Notes: generated from the sequence alone by a model not told the origin. Shown: positions 7,801 through 16,815, counted from the first letter of the stretch. The stretch is DNA of 34,447 nucleotides from Acidobacteriota bacterium (GCA_036507075.1 DASXQR010000045.1:1-34447); one strand, 5' to 3'. Made by a program: numbers and translations.

Positions 7801-10514
7801 CAGGTACAAGGGCCCAGGTTGGTCTTGACCTGTATGGTCGACGACTGCCTGGCCGGACTGTGCACTTTGTAAGTCGGATTCAGCGTGTAAAGGCAATCTG
7901 TCTTCTGGCTGATGTTCAGGGCCTGATCGCCGATGGTAATGGTTCCAGTGCGCGTGAGCGGGGTAAAGTTTGCGGTCAGGGAGTATGTGACGATTCCGTT
8001 TCCGCTGCCGCTTCCTCCCGCGGTGATCTTGATCCAGCTGGCGCTCGGCTTGGCAGTCCAGGGACAACCACCCGGCACGAGCACAGACACGGTAGCGGTC
8101 TGGGGACCGGCTTCATGGGTTACCGAACTCGGAGTCAGCTTGTAGGGACAACGAGTCGCCTGGGTAATGCTGAAGCTCTGGCCGTCCACGATGATCTGTC
8201 CGGTGCGCGGGGTCGATCCGGAGTTGGGCGCGATCTGGTAAGCGATTGTGCCGTCGCCGCTGCCGGTGTTGCCGGAAACAACGGTAATCCAGCTGACATT
8301 GGCTGCGGCCGCCCAACTGCAGCCGCCCGGAACAGAAACCGCGAAGCTGCCGAATTCCTCTCCGGCATCGTGATTCTTGTTCGAGGGATTTAGCTTGAAT
8401 GGGCAGCGCGGGTCCTGTTTGACGCTGAAAGTCTTGTCGCCGATAAAAATCGAGCCGTTGCGCGGCGCCGTTCCATCGTTCGGGCGGATTGAATATTCCA
8501 CAGTGCCGTCGCCGGAACCGGTGCTGCCCGCCGTGATCGTAATCCAACTGACGTCGCTGGCCGCGGTCCACTTGCATCCTTCCGGCACTTTCACTGAAAA
8601 TTTGCCGTTTTCGGCGCCTGCACCATGGGTGAAGTTGGCCGGATCGAGCGTGATGGGACAAAGCGATTCCTGCTTAACGCTGAAGGTCTGTTCGGCAATG
8701 ATGATGCTACCGGTGCGCGGCGTGTTGGATTTGTTAGGGGTCAGCGAATAAGTGACGCTTCCCCCTCCTGAGCCTGTCGCGGTCGAAGTAATGGTTATCC
8801 ACGACGCGGTGCTGTTTGCCGACCAGCCGCATCCGGATGCGGCGGTGACGTCCACCGAGCCGGTCTCGGCGCCCGCGCCGTGATCGCGGTTCTTCGGCGA
8901 CAGTTCATAGCCGCAGGTGGCCTGGGTGATTGAGAAGAACTGTCCTGCAACGCTCAATCGTCCGGTTCGGGGCGAATTGGTTCGATTGGCGGCTACCGAG
9001 TAGTTAACCTGGCCGATGCCGTTTCCCTTCGCTCCGGAAGTGATGCTGATCCAGTTGTCGTAGGATTGGGCGGACCAGAGACACCCGGATTCCGCCGTTA
9101 CATTCACGCTGCCGGACTCCGCCGACCGGCCGTGGGAAGCACTGGCCGCGGAAAGCAGGAAGGTACAACCGTCGGGATAGACAAACTGCACCGCTCGAAT
9201 ATCATCCGTGCGGACGGACGCGCCTCGTCCGTCGCCGCGAAGCGCGAAAAACATCAACGCGTCCTTCAAGACCGGATCGGTTTCCTGCAGGTTTTCGGAC
9301 GAATGCGAAAGGCCAATGGCGTGACCCAGTTCGTGCCCCATGACCTCTTCCAGGGACTTTTCTTCTGCCAGCGAACACTCGACGCCGTTGTTAAAAATAA
9401 TGTCGGTGTGCTGCAAAGGCCGGAAGTTGGTTCCGTTAATCGTACGATTGGGCGTTCCGTCCCAGCCCGTATAGGTGACGGCGAGCGCGCCCCGGCAGTT
9501 AACAAGGTCCTGAATGATGCCCTGGGGATCGCCAAAGCTGATCACGTTTACGTTGTCGATGTTACTAAAACCCTGTAACGTGGTTTCGCCGCCGTTGACC
9601 AGACGTATCCGGGTTTTGTCGACAGTGTTCCAGGCCTGCAGACCGCGATTGACAATAGCCATGGTCAGCGCCGCATCGACCGGTGAGCTCTTCGGGTTTA
9701 CCTGCATGGCGACATCTTTTCCGCCGTCGAATTCATTCCAGCGAATTCCTCCTCCGGTCAAATTGAACTGCCGGGATCCGGAAGTTCCGTCTTTGAGCTG
9801 GCGACTTTCTTCCTCGATCAGGCCGCCCAGGGAGAACGTGCGAATGGCTTCGGATTCCTGAAGCTTAAGTTCGGGCACATAATCGCCCAGCTCGCGGGGT
9901 TGGGCGCCGCGAGTGGCCTCTTCAATTTGCCTCAGCCTTGTGAACCGGGTGCTCGCGCCTCCCAGGATCGAAACGTCTGCCGGGACCGGACTATCCAAAT
10001 CACCATTCTCACGAACCGAGAATTTGCCCTGGAAAAAATGGACAGTTCGAAAGTATCCATTAGGAAGCAGTTTCACGAAGAGAAGCACCTCTTCATCGAC
10101 TTCGAACTGAGGAGACCCAAAAACCCAGCCGGATTTGCCATGGAGTCGGCCGCCGAGTTCTTTTAGATGGATGGTGGATTCGGCGGCAACCCCCGAGAGA
10201 TAATCTCGCTGAACGGAAACTGAAATATAAGTGCTGATGGCGCCGCTCTCATCCAGACTGCTTTGAATGGCGGCGACCCGTCCGCGGACAATGGCGTCGG
10301 CCGAGCTCACCAGGTCCTCGGGAGTAAGAAGTGTGACCGTACTGGCCATCAGTGCCGAAAAAGACGACAAAATCAGGATGATTGCAAGACAGACGACAAC
10401 CCCGAACGGGGTTGAACCGAAATAGGACTCAGCTCCGGAGTGAACCGCAGAGGTGGACAGAAGGGTTCTCGAGTTCTTCAATTTGTTTTTTTTCAGAGTT
10501 TTAGGAATCGCCAT
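4824..10514 (-). CDS. Large exported protein: pro-region, matrixin-like (M10/metzincin) peptidase, 10 BACON-like repeats, DUF11-like domain and a duplicated C-terminal module
   Basis: N-terminal hydrophobic segment; HELGHAIGLSH (9303-9335) with Met-turn ALM; ten ~85-aa C..CxW..WI..G.G..Y..N..RxG..Q repeats (~6615-9167); PDLSI..LTVQNVG..VTDTLPPGLTFVS; two ~230-aa TEAxVP..TGxAIANP..NER..PHFAxGGG units. Confidence 0.85.
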   Translation of the reverse strand: MAIPKTLKKNKLKNSRTLLSTSAVHSGAESYFGSTPFGVVVCLAIILILSSFSALMASTVTLLTPEDLVSSADAIVRGRVAAIQSSLDESGAISTYISVSVQRDYLSGVAAESTIHLKELGGRLHGKSGWVFGSPQFEVDEEVLLFVKLLPNGYFRTVHFFQGKFSVRENGDLDSPVPADVSILGGASTRFTRLRQIEEATRGAQPRELGDYVPELKLQESEAIRTFSLGGLIEEESRQLKDGTSGSRQFNLTGGGIRWNEFDGGKDVAMQVNPKSSPVDAALTMAIVNRGLQAWNTVDKTRIRLVNGGETTLQGFSNIDNVNVISFGDPQGIIQDLVNCRGALAVTYTGWDGTPNRTINGTNFRPLQHTDIIFNNGVECSLAEEKSLEEVMGHELGHAIGLSHSSENLQETDPVLKDALMFFALRGDGRGASVRTDDIRAVQFVYPDGCTFLLSAASASHGRSAESGSVNVTAESGCLWSAQSYDNWISITSGAKGNGIGQVNYSVAANRTNSPRTGRLSVAGQFFSITQATCGYELSPKNRDHGAGAETGSVDVTAASGCGWSANSTASWITITSTATGSGGGSVTYSLTPNKSNTPRTGSIIIAEQTFSVKQESLCPITLDPANFTHGAGAENGKFSVKVPEGCKWTAASDVSWITITAGSTGSGDGTVEYSIRPNDGTAPRNGSIFIGDKTFSVKQDPRCPFKLNPSNKNHDAGEEFGSFAVSVPGGCSWAAAANVSWITVVSGNTGSGDGTIAYQIAPNSGSTPRTGQIIVDGQSFSITQATRCPYKLTPSSVTHEAGPQTATVSVLVPGGCPWTAKPSASWIKITAGGSGSGNGIVTYSLTANFTPLTRTGTITIGDQALNISQKTDCLYTLNPTYKVHSPARQSSTIQVKTNLGPCTWTAVSNDGWITVVSGKSGTGNGIVGYFVDQNTSPEFRHGTITIGPEKYHVYQDGVGCPYTWSPGFRDHNPSAGSGNFTISMVGICPYTASSSASWLTITSKLPLKGSSIISYIITANTTPKIREGLITFAARSEFPVTQATPCPEFAIDPGSRAHGPGNETGSVTVANAKGCNWTAAASVKWITIAAGKTGSNDGVVKYTLAPNKEPAPRESSIVIGGDKTFTLRQETSCPLTIAPSGRSHEGGAETGNILVTIPDGCVWNATASAGWITITEGKTGSGDGVVKYSISPNTTALARIGQINLLGKLFNITQAPNCPFALIPTTRAHGPSVESGIVYVSGGSTCKWTAASNVPWIKITSDKTGTGDGSITYQITANTAKAARSGTLTIGGQTFTVNQSSGGPDLSIGVTHASAFVSGGQGTYVLTVQNVGPTNMAGSTTVTDTLPPGLTFVSADGNGWSCSASGQTVTCSSSASVATGLASTIKLVVGIGLGPGTTVVNTAQLANATDTNFYNDIASDTATVVAGGAEAEEGSNKVSGFASLITNGGSDTPVIGYARIQGVPGQGTPSGLALFNFRQNGVIVTEASVPASPMISSGRIYAQVDEKVNTGLAIANPGDEDALISFHFTDEDGKDFGAGSFVVTAHSQIAAFLDQPPFGAGALVNATMTFRASIPVGAVALRGHLNERSEFLLTTLPVADMGSLSSETLILPHFAEGGGWNTDLVLVNPTDQSLRGSVQFFDQGSTDTPAQAQTLEANGENKNSFEYSIPARGAYRLATAGKAIETRAGSIRVTPAAGDSTPVGLGLFSFRSNGVLVTEAGVPALRPASAFRLYAETSGAGGPVQTGFAIANPLSTPVDVNVELLTLAGTPTGVQGSLSIPANGQVATYLVQVPGFEFLQGPFQGLLRVSAEPGRISAIGLRARVNERDDFLITTTSPVSEDLPAWMAPLILPHFADGGGYTTQFVLYSGSPSQSYSGIIEFFTQSGRSLRLPLR

Positions 10515-10715
10515 CCAGTTGACCGTCGAGAGACCATGCCACAGCTCGCTCGGGTTGCGTGACTCTAAAGTGGCCGTTTAGGTCCCGCAAAAGCCGGGCA
10601 AAGCTCTACTCGGGCTAAAGGCCGAACTCCAGCTGCACATACTCGCTTAAAGTGTCCTGTAAAACTGTGCGGGGCCGCACAAAGTACAGATTTCGGGAGC
10701 GTTCCGGGCACGGGT

Positions 10716-11014
10716 GCAGGAGGCAGGGGGCAGGAGGCAGGAAGCAGGAGGAAGGAGGCGGGAGGCAGAAGACATTGGTCATTCGTCATTGGTCATTTGT
10801 TCATTGGTCCTTTGTGGTTATGGGTCTTTGATAGAACTCAACGACCAGTGGTAGGTCAGTTGTAGGTCAGACGTCATAGGCAAACTTGGGACTGTTATTG
10901 ATGACCGATGACCTATGACTCTTGTCCAATGACGAATGACCAATGACGCTTACTGCCTCCTGCCCCCTGCCCCCTGCCTCCTGCCTTCTGCCTTCTGCCT
11001 ACTGCCTACTGCCC
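10716..11014. repeat. Nested inverted heptamer-tract element
   Basis: (GCAGGAG)n 10716-10771, (CATTGGT)n 10773-10815, TAGGTCA units, spacer, TGACCTA units, (CAATGAC)n 10926-10947, (CTGCCTY)n 10953-11014. Confidence 0.9.
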
Positions 11015-12849
11015 AGCAGCCGCTTTGCCGGCTCGTAGCCTGCCTGGGCAGAGCGACGGATCAGAATCAGCGCTTCGGCGGGATTCTGAAGACGCAACCG
11101 GATGACGCCCAACTGATAAAGCACCTCCGGCGTTTCCTTTCCATTCTGGATCGCCCGCTGAAAAGCGTCCTGTGCTTTCTGCAACAGCTCCAGACGGCTG
11201 TAGCACAGGCCAAGGTTGTAATAGGCTTCAGCAGGGGCAATTGGAGCCGCGGCGTCTGACTTGCGGAATGAGTTGATGCAGGTTTCCCATTCGGCGGCGG
11301 ATTCCTGGTAGCGCAAAAGCCGATAAAGAACAAGCGCCAGGTTCATGCGCGCCCAGACAGCGGCGGCATTACCGCGCAGGCCTGTTCTGTAGTCGCTGAC
11401 CGCCTGCGGCAGCTCGCCCAACTGCTGATGGCAATAAGCGGAATTGAGGAAATAATCCGCATCAATATCCTGCGCAATCAATTCACGAAAAGCCGCGAGC
11501 GCCTCACGCCACCGCTGCTCTTTCATCAACTGGAAGGCGGCTTCCCCTCGGGTCCGCTTTAATTGTGATTCAATGCCAGTATTCTTTGGCTCAAGTCGCA
11601 GGGCGCGATCAAGATAGTCCATCGCCTCTTTCCACGCGCCCTGGGCCTTCAAGCAGAAGGCCATCAATTGCAGCAGTTCGGAGTTGAGCGGCAGCAGCGC
11701 CTCCACTTTCCGAAAATTTTCCAGCGCCTTTCCCCAATCGCTTTCAATCATGGCGCGGAAACCTTCCGTGAGCGCCAGGTTCGGATTTTCGGAATTCAGC
11801 TTCTTAAGCAACTCAATTGCGGCACCCGGAAAACCTTGCCGCAACTGAATCCAAGCCCCCTCTTCGATTGCAGCCGTCGCCAGCGGGTTGAGGTCCATAA
11901 CTTTGAGGTAAAGATCCAACGCCCGTGCCTCCTGCCCACTGCTGCGGTACAAAAAGGCAAGAAACATCATACCCGTGGAAAACTCCGGATTGCGCTTCAC
12001 CACCGGCTCCAGCAAGCTGATCGAGGCGGAAGTTCGACCCCGGGAATGAAGCATCACAGCCTGGGCATACTGCTCGAAAGCCTGCGCCAGCTCAGCCGCC
12101 GATGTCTGTTCTTTGACGGCCTGCTGCATCTGGCCCAGCCTGGCGTAAGCTCGAGAAAGTTCCCGATGGTACAAGGGATTTTCCGGGTCCAGTTCGGCGG
12201 CACGCTGGAAATACTCGAGAGCCTGCGACCAGCGACCATCGGCTCTCTTCTTCTCTCCCAGCCGCAGCAGCAGCGTGGGATCCCTGGGAGTGATTTTCTG
12301 CGCCGCCCGTAATTGCTTGTACGATTCTTCGGATTGTCCTTCCTGATCAAGTAGAGTCGCACAAAACCTGCGGTATTCGGCGTTCAGCGGATCCAGTTCG
12401 ACTGCACGCGCCGCCCATCGGAGCGCCTGTTTGCAGTCATCAGCAAAAAATAAGCTGATCGCCATGCGGTGGAACAATTCAGCATCTGCCGGGTCGTAGC
12501 GCAGCGAGTTTTTGAGCAGGTCAATGGCGGAAGAAAATCTACCAAGGCTGACTTCCGCGTCGGCCAAACTCTTGAAGATTTCCGGATTCTCTGAGTCTGT
12601 GCGGAGCGCTTTGCGGAGCAATTCCGCCCCCTCCACGGTTCGACCGGTTCGCACCAGCAGGTTTCCAAGCTGTACCAGCATGGCGCTGCTCTCCGGATGG
12701 CTTTCAAGCCCTTTCCGAAGCAAGGAGATTGCCTCCAGCCACTGGTAGCTCTTGATCAGTTGCGAGGCATGGCGGGTGTATTCATCGGCTGACTGCGGAA
12801 AAACAACAGTCGTCGTCAGAAGAAAAATAACAAGCAGGCGATAAATCAT
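10999..12849 (-). CDS. Exported tetratricopeptide-repeat protein
   Basis: Many TPR units (e.g. ALRYDPADAE, AVELDPLNAE, AYYNLGLCY); signal peptide from ATG 12849. The ORF-track extension to 12909 is repeat-derived. Confidence 0.85.
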   Translation of the reverse strand: MIYRLLVIFLLTTTVVFPQSADEYTRHASQLIKSYQWLEAISLLRKGLESHPESSAMLVQLGNLLVRTGRTVEGAELLRKALRTDSENPEIFKSLADAEVSLGRFSSAIDLLKNSLRYDPADAELFHRMAISLFFADDCKQALRWAARAVELDPLNAEYRRFCATLLDQEGQSEESYKQLRAAQKITPRDPTLLLRLGEKKRADGRWSQALEYFQRAAELDPENPLYHRELSRAYARLGQMQQAVKEQTSAAELAQAFEQYAQAVMLHSRGRTSASISLLEPVVKRNPEFSTGMMFLAFLYRSSGQEARALDLYLKVMDLNPLATAAIEEGAWIQLRQGFPGAAIELLKKLNSENPNLALTEGFRAMIESDWGKALENFRKVEALLPLNSELLQLMAFCLKAQGAWKEAMDYLDRALRLEPKNTGIESQLKRTRGEAAFQLMKEQRWREALAAFRELIAQDIDADYFLNSAYCHQQLGELPQAVSDYRTGLRGNAAAVWARMNLALVLYRLLRYQESAAEWETCINSFRKSDAAAPIAPAEAYYNLGLCYSRLELLQKAQDAFQRAIQNGKETPEVLYQLGVIRLRLQNPAEALILIRRSAQAGYEPAKRLLGSRQ

Positions 12850-12891
12850 AGGAGCAAAAACAGAAACAGCCCTGATGGGGGTCGACTTAAA

Positions 12892-12965
12892 TTGGGGTCT
12901 GTCCCCCATTTTAAATTAATTGGGGTCTGTCCCCCATTTGTTTGTCCTGATGGGGGTCTGTCCCT
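12892..12965. repeat. Three copies of the mini-palindrome GGGGTCTGTCCC(C)
   Basis: tggggtctgtcccca, tggggtctgtccccca and gggggtctgtccct, separated by AT-rich spacers. Confidence 0.8.
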
Positions 12966-12975
12966 ATTTTAGAGA

Positions 12976-13022
12976 GCTTGGCGTCTTGGTGGTAAGAAAT
13001 TTGAACCACCAAGGCACCAAGC
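12976..13022. repeat. ACCAC-family inverted repeat
   Basis: gcttggcgtcttggtggt ... accaccaaggcaccaagc; near-identical to the element at 88-143. Confidence 0.85.
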
Positions 13023-13106
13023 CAGGATTCGAAACTCTTCCTATGTTGAAGGGTCCAATTCGTAGATGGGGGAACTCGCATCCCGGAACCCGAAAACCCG
13101 AAACGG

Positions 13107-14321
13107 TCACCGGGGCTCGATAATACCAAACGTAATTCCGCGGTTCTCCCAACCCGAAGCCACCACGATTGCCGCCACCGAGAAAACGGTCAAAGCCGTC
13201 AGAGCCATCGCGCTGGAATAGCTGAAATGCTTTGCAAAGACAGCCTCGATGTAGGCGACCGTGCCCGCAATCAACACGCCGCACTGGTAGGCAAACCCCG
13301 GCAGAAAACCGCGCACTGAATCGGGCGAGAGCTCGGTGATATGCGCGGGAATCACCCCCCACGCTCCCTGCACCATAAACTGCATCACGAAAGCTCCCAG
13401 GACAAGCAGCGGTGTGTTGGGCGCATAGGCCCACAAAGGAATGGCGAAAATTGCTAGGCAGAGCGCGAGCACCATTCCCCGCCGCCTCCCGTAGTGATCT
13501 GAAAAAAATCCCATCACCAGCCCACCCAGAATCGCGCCGACATTGTAGATGATGGCAATGACAGCCACCTGCTTTGGCAAAAAGCCGCGCTGTTCCTTCA
13601 AGAACGTGGGATACATGTCCTGCGTGCCGTGGGAAACGAAATTCATCATGGTCATCATGGCCGTCAAATATAGAAACAGCCTCCAGTGGGAAACGATGGC
13701 GCGTCCCAGATGACTCCACTTTTCATGGCGGGTGGTCTTCCAGACTTCCGATTCTTTCACCTTGAACCGGATAAACAGCGCCAGCAGAGCGGGCAGTCCT
13801 CCGATGAAAAACATGGGGCGCCAGCCCCAGTGAGGGAACACAAAGAAGTAGCAGCACGCGGCCAGAAGATAGCCTGCGGCATACCCTTCCTGCAGCAGAC
13901 CGGAAAGCACACCGCGCAGGCGAGGCGGCACCTTTTCCATCGCTAGCGAAGCGCCTACGCCCCATTCTCCACCCATGCCCACACCGAACAGGGCGCGCAG
14001 TATCATGAAAACCGTGTAGTTCGGCGCCAGGCCGGAAAGCACTTCGACGATTGAAAAAAACACCAGGTCGATCATCAGCGGAAGACGACGGCCGTAACGG
14101 TCCGCCATCAGCCCGAAAATGAAAGCACCCACGGGCCGCATCGCCAAGGTCAGCGAAATGGCAGCGGCGATGGCAGGAATGCCCTTTCCGAATTCTTTGG
14201 CGACGCTTGGCACCACAAAAACCAGCACAAAGAAATCAAAGGCATCCAGCGTCCAGCCCAAAAAGCTGGCGAGTACCGCATTGAAATGATCAGATGAAGA
14301 GCCTGACTTGTCCGCTGTCAT
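13107..14321 (-). CDS. MFS transporter, sialate:H+ symporter/Jen1-like carboxylate transporter family
   Basis: LGWTLDAFDFF, ADRYGRR, GMGGEWG and the Jen1 signature NFVSHGTQDMYPT; ATG overlaps the bshB1 stop (TGATG). Confidence 0.9.
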   Translation of the reverse strand: MTADKSGSSSDHFNAVLASFLGWTLDAFDFFVLVFVVPSVAKEFGKGIPAIAAAISLTLAMRPVGAFIFGLMADRYGRRLPLMIDLVFFSIVEVLSGLAPNYTVFMILRALFGVGMGGEWGVGASLAMEKVPPRLRGVLSGLLQEGYAAGYLLAACCYFFVFPHWGWRPMFFIGGLPALLALFIRFKVKESEVWKTTRHEKWSHLGRAIVSHWRLFLYLTAMMTMMNFVSHGTQDMYPTFLKEQRGFLPKQVAVIAIIYNVGAILGGLVMGFFSDHYGRRRGMVLALCLAIFAIPLWAYAPNTPLLVLGAFVMQFMVQGAWGVIPAHITELSPDSVRGFLPGFAYQCGVLIAGTVAYIEAVFAKHFSYSSAMALTALTVFSVAAIVVASGWENRGITFGIIEPR

Positions 14322-15040
14322 CACCGGCCGGGAACCAACGCCGCCAAAGGGTTGGAAAGCTGCAGCGGGCGATCACACCAGAAAGCTTCGCCAAATTCAA
14401 CACCTATCAGGCTTCCATAGTAGCGCTGCATTGCTTCCACGTGCGGTAGAAAATTGGCGCGGCTCAAGTATGTTTCAGGCTCCTTGGAATCAGGATTGTG
14501 AAACTGGGAGGCGTAGGACGCCAAAACCTTCCGGGATTCCGGATAAACGTCGGTCACATCGACCACAAAAGATGGAAAGACGCGACGTGCAAGGTTGAAA
14601 TAGACGATGGCGGCGGGACGGTGGCGCTCCTGCCCGCTGGTGATTTTCGCCAGACCGGAAAGATAGCAGACATGCCGCACCAGTTGGTTACATGCATGGT
14701 GGTCCGGATGGCCGGAAATATCTTCGGAGTGGTGGGTAAATACAACCGCCGGTCGATATTTTCTTATCAACTGCAGCAGGGCCATGCGCGTCGCGTCGTC
14801 GTCGCGAACATGGCCGTCTGGCAGGCCCAGATTCTCGCGCGCACTAAGACGCATCCGCTCGGCAGCCTGGGCCGCCTCCCGCTCTCTGATTTCAGCGGTG
14901 CCACGGGTGCCGAGTTCGCCACGCGTCAAGTCCACAATGGCCGTCTTCATTTTGTGGCGCGCGAACACAAGCATGGAACCGGCCATGCCGATTTCCACGT
15001 CGTCGGGGTGGGCTCCAATGGCAAGGATATCTACCGTCAT
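14321..15040 (-). CDS. bshB1: Bacillithiol biosynthesis deacetylase (PIG-L/LmbE family)
   Basis: GAHPDDVE, DLTRGELGTRG, HPDH and YASQF; ATGA overlap with bshC. Confidence 0.85.
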   Translation of the reverse strand: MTVDILAIGAHPDDVEIGMAGSMLVFARHKMKTAIVDLTRGELGTRGTAEIREREAAQAAERMRLSARENLGLPDGHVRDDDATRMALLQLIRKYRPAVVFTHHSEDISGHPDHHACNQLVRHVCYLSGLAKITSGQERHRPAAIVYFNLARRVFPSFVVDVTDVYPESRKVLASYASQFHNPDSKEPETYLSRANFLPHVEAMQRYYGSLIGVEFGEAFWCDRPLQLSNPLAALVPGR

Positions 15041-16647
15041 TCCAGGGTCACGACGTAGTGGGACTTTTCGCACGGCGACAACGAGCCCAGGTTGTTCATC
15101 AACCGGGGGCCGTAACGCGCATAGAAGCTGAGAAAGTTAATGCGGCGTTCCTGCAGCGTACCGCAAGGATACAACATGCTGTGTAGAAACGCGGCCTGTT
15201 CCTGGATGCGTTCGCTTTTTTGCGCCGATGCGCGCAACAGCTTGCGCTCGGTCTTCTGAATCTGGTAGTCGATTTTCCTGCGTGAAAGCTGCCACGCCTT
15301 TCCCAGTGTAGCGTCGATGCGTGAAGCCAGATCCGTAAGCGAGTCCAATTCGCGGGCGGCATTACTGACGTGCTGTTTCCAGTGATCCAGCACGCCTTCG
15401 CCCAGCCTGGAACGCGCCATTTTTTCCTGCAACTCTTCCAGCGTGCAGAACGCGTCGGGCGCCTGCAAATCGTTTCGCTCCAGGTAGCGGGCCGCGCGCG
15501 AGTCAAGCAATGTGACGGCCAGTCGCGGCTGGATCACCGGAGCCCAACCGAAGATTTTCGCCAGCGCGTGCACTTGCGCAAAGTAAGCGATCTCCGCGGC
15601 GCCGCCGATGTAGAGAACCGAAGGCAGAATGGCATCCTGAATAATGGGCCTCAAAAGAGCGGATGGGCTGAACCGCTCAGGAGACTGGGAAATCTCGCCC
15701 AGCAGGTCGCGCGTCGACCACTTCTGTTCCTCGGAAACAAAATTTCCATTCGATCGACGGATCGCCCGCCGCCCCCTTTCCGTGACATGGAAAAGCAGCG
15801 TGTAGTCCTCTTCCCAGTGGGCTTGTGGCTCAAAACCAGACTCTTTCAGTTGCTTCACTCGCTGCTTTAAAACTTCATTGATCTTTTCCGCCTCTTCCAC
15901 GGCGGTGCGAAAGTGATTTTGAGCCAGCTTGCGTACAGCCGGGTCGCTGGCATCGATGAAAACCAGACCGGCTGGACCGAAGACCTTCGCCAGCAACCGC
16001 GTGAACGCCTCCGCGATCGTAGTGTCGCTGCGATAGGAGTTGCGCAGCCAGTCGATTACAACCGCCGAGTGATCGGTCTGGCTGAGAAACTCTGCACACT
16101 GTTGAATCATCGGCGCCGTATCGCCAGTATGTCGTTGCGCCGCCGTCAGCGGCAGCGCAGATTCCGAATTGATCTGCAGGTCCAATTGCCTGCCGCGGGG
16201 ATCTAGAAATGACGTGCCGCGTATCTCCTCAAAGTCGTGATCTTCAGAGGCGACCCAGAAAAGTGGAACTGCCGAGAAACCTTCCGCGTTCAGTTTATTT
16301 GCGATCAGGATGGCGGTGATTGCCTTGTAGAAGGTAAGCGCCGGGCCGCCAAACAGCCCCGCTTGCTGGCCGGTGACCACGACAAGCGTCTGCGGCTTGA
16401 CAATGCGAGCAGCATTGGAGAGAGCCGTCAAATCATTTTCTACCCGCCGGTTGAAGTTCTGAAGGGCGTGAGCAATCTCCCGGCGCGGAAAATCGGCTGT
16501 CAGCCTGTGATCGGCAAGCTCTTTAAGGGCGGCGCAGCCACGATGGTAAGAGTTGTAAAACTGCTGCACGCCTTCAAATCGCAGGAACTCCAAAAAGAGC
16601 CTCGACTGTTCCGGGAGTCGGGCGTAGTCAATCAGCGAAGCCTTCAT
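15037..16647 (-). CDS. bshC: Bacillithiol cysteine-adding enzyme
   Basis: VVTGQQAGLFGGP..YK, FWVASEDHDFEE, FSPSALLRP, YIGGAAEIAYFAQ and LQER; 536 aa; GGAG RBS. Confidence 0.93.
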   Translation of the reverse strand: MKASLIDYARLPEQSRLFLEFLRFEGVQQFYNSYHRGCAALKELADHRLTADFPRREIAHALQNFNRRVENDLTALSNAARIVKPQTLVVVTGQQAGLFGGPALTFYKAITAILIANKLNAEGFSAVPLFWVASEDHDFEEIRGTSFLDPRGRQLDLQINSESALPLTAAQRHTGDTAPMIQQCAEFLSQTDHSAVVIDWLRNSYRSDTTIAEAFTRLLAKVFGPAGLVFIDASDPAVRKLAQNHFRTAVEEAEKINEVLKQRVKQLKESGFEPQAHWEEDYTLLFHVTERGRRAIRRSNGNFVSEEQKWSTRDLLGEISQSPERFSPSALLRPIIQDAILPSVLYIGGAAEIAYFAQVHALAKIFGWAPVIQPRLAVTLLDSRAARYLERNDLQAPDAFCTLEELQEKMARSRLGEGVLDHWKQHVSNAARELDSLTDLASRIDATLGKAWQLSRRKIDYQIQKTERKLLRASAQKSERIQEQAAFLHSMLYPCGTLQERRINFLSFYARYGPRLMNNLGSLSPCEKSHYVVTLE

Positions 16648-16663
16648 CAGACTCCTTCTGGAT

Positions 16664-16727
16664 TTTGCGCTCTTTGTGTCTTTGTGGTGGTGCGCTTCTT
16701 AAACCACGAAGATACAAAGTACACAAA
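16664..16727. repeat. ACCAC-family inverted repeat just upstream of bshC
   Basis: ctttgtgtctttgtggt ... accacgaagatacaaagtacacaaa. Confidence 0.8.
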
Positions 16728-16784
16728 GGTTTGCACCCGGCAGTTGAGCTGCATGCGCTTAGATTCTAACCAAACCAAAAATTT

Positions 16785-16815
16785 TTTCGCAGATTTTAAA
16801 GTCGGCCAGTTATGT
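16785..16815 (+). promoter_or_regulatory. Candidate competence-regulon promoter motif, copy 1 (upstream of comEA)
   Basis: TTTCGCAGATTTT-aaagtcg-GCCAGTTATGT; matches 25788-25818 at 23 of 24 box positions with the same 7-nt spacer. Confidence 0.65.

Noticed and set aside
10566..10632. Degenerate REP-like pair (gggctaaaggccgaactcc)
   Set aside because: The partner arm is too decayed and there is no second copy in the window.
10716..11014. Possible CRISPR array or diversity-generating retroelement repeats
   Set aside because: No 25-40 nt repeats with unique spacers, no cas or reverse-transcriptase gene, and no adenine-specific repeat pair.
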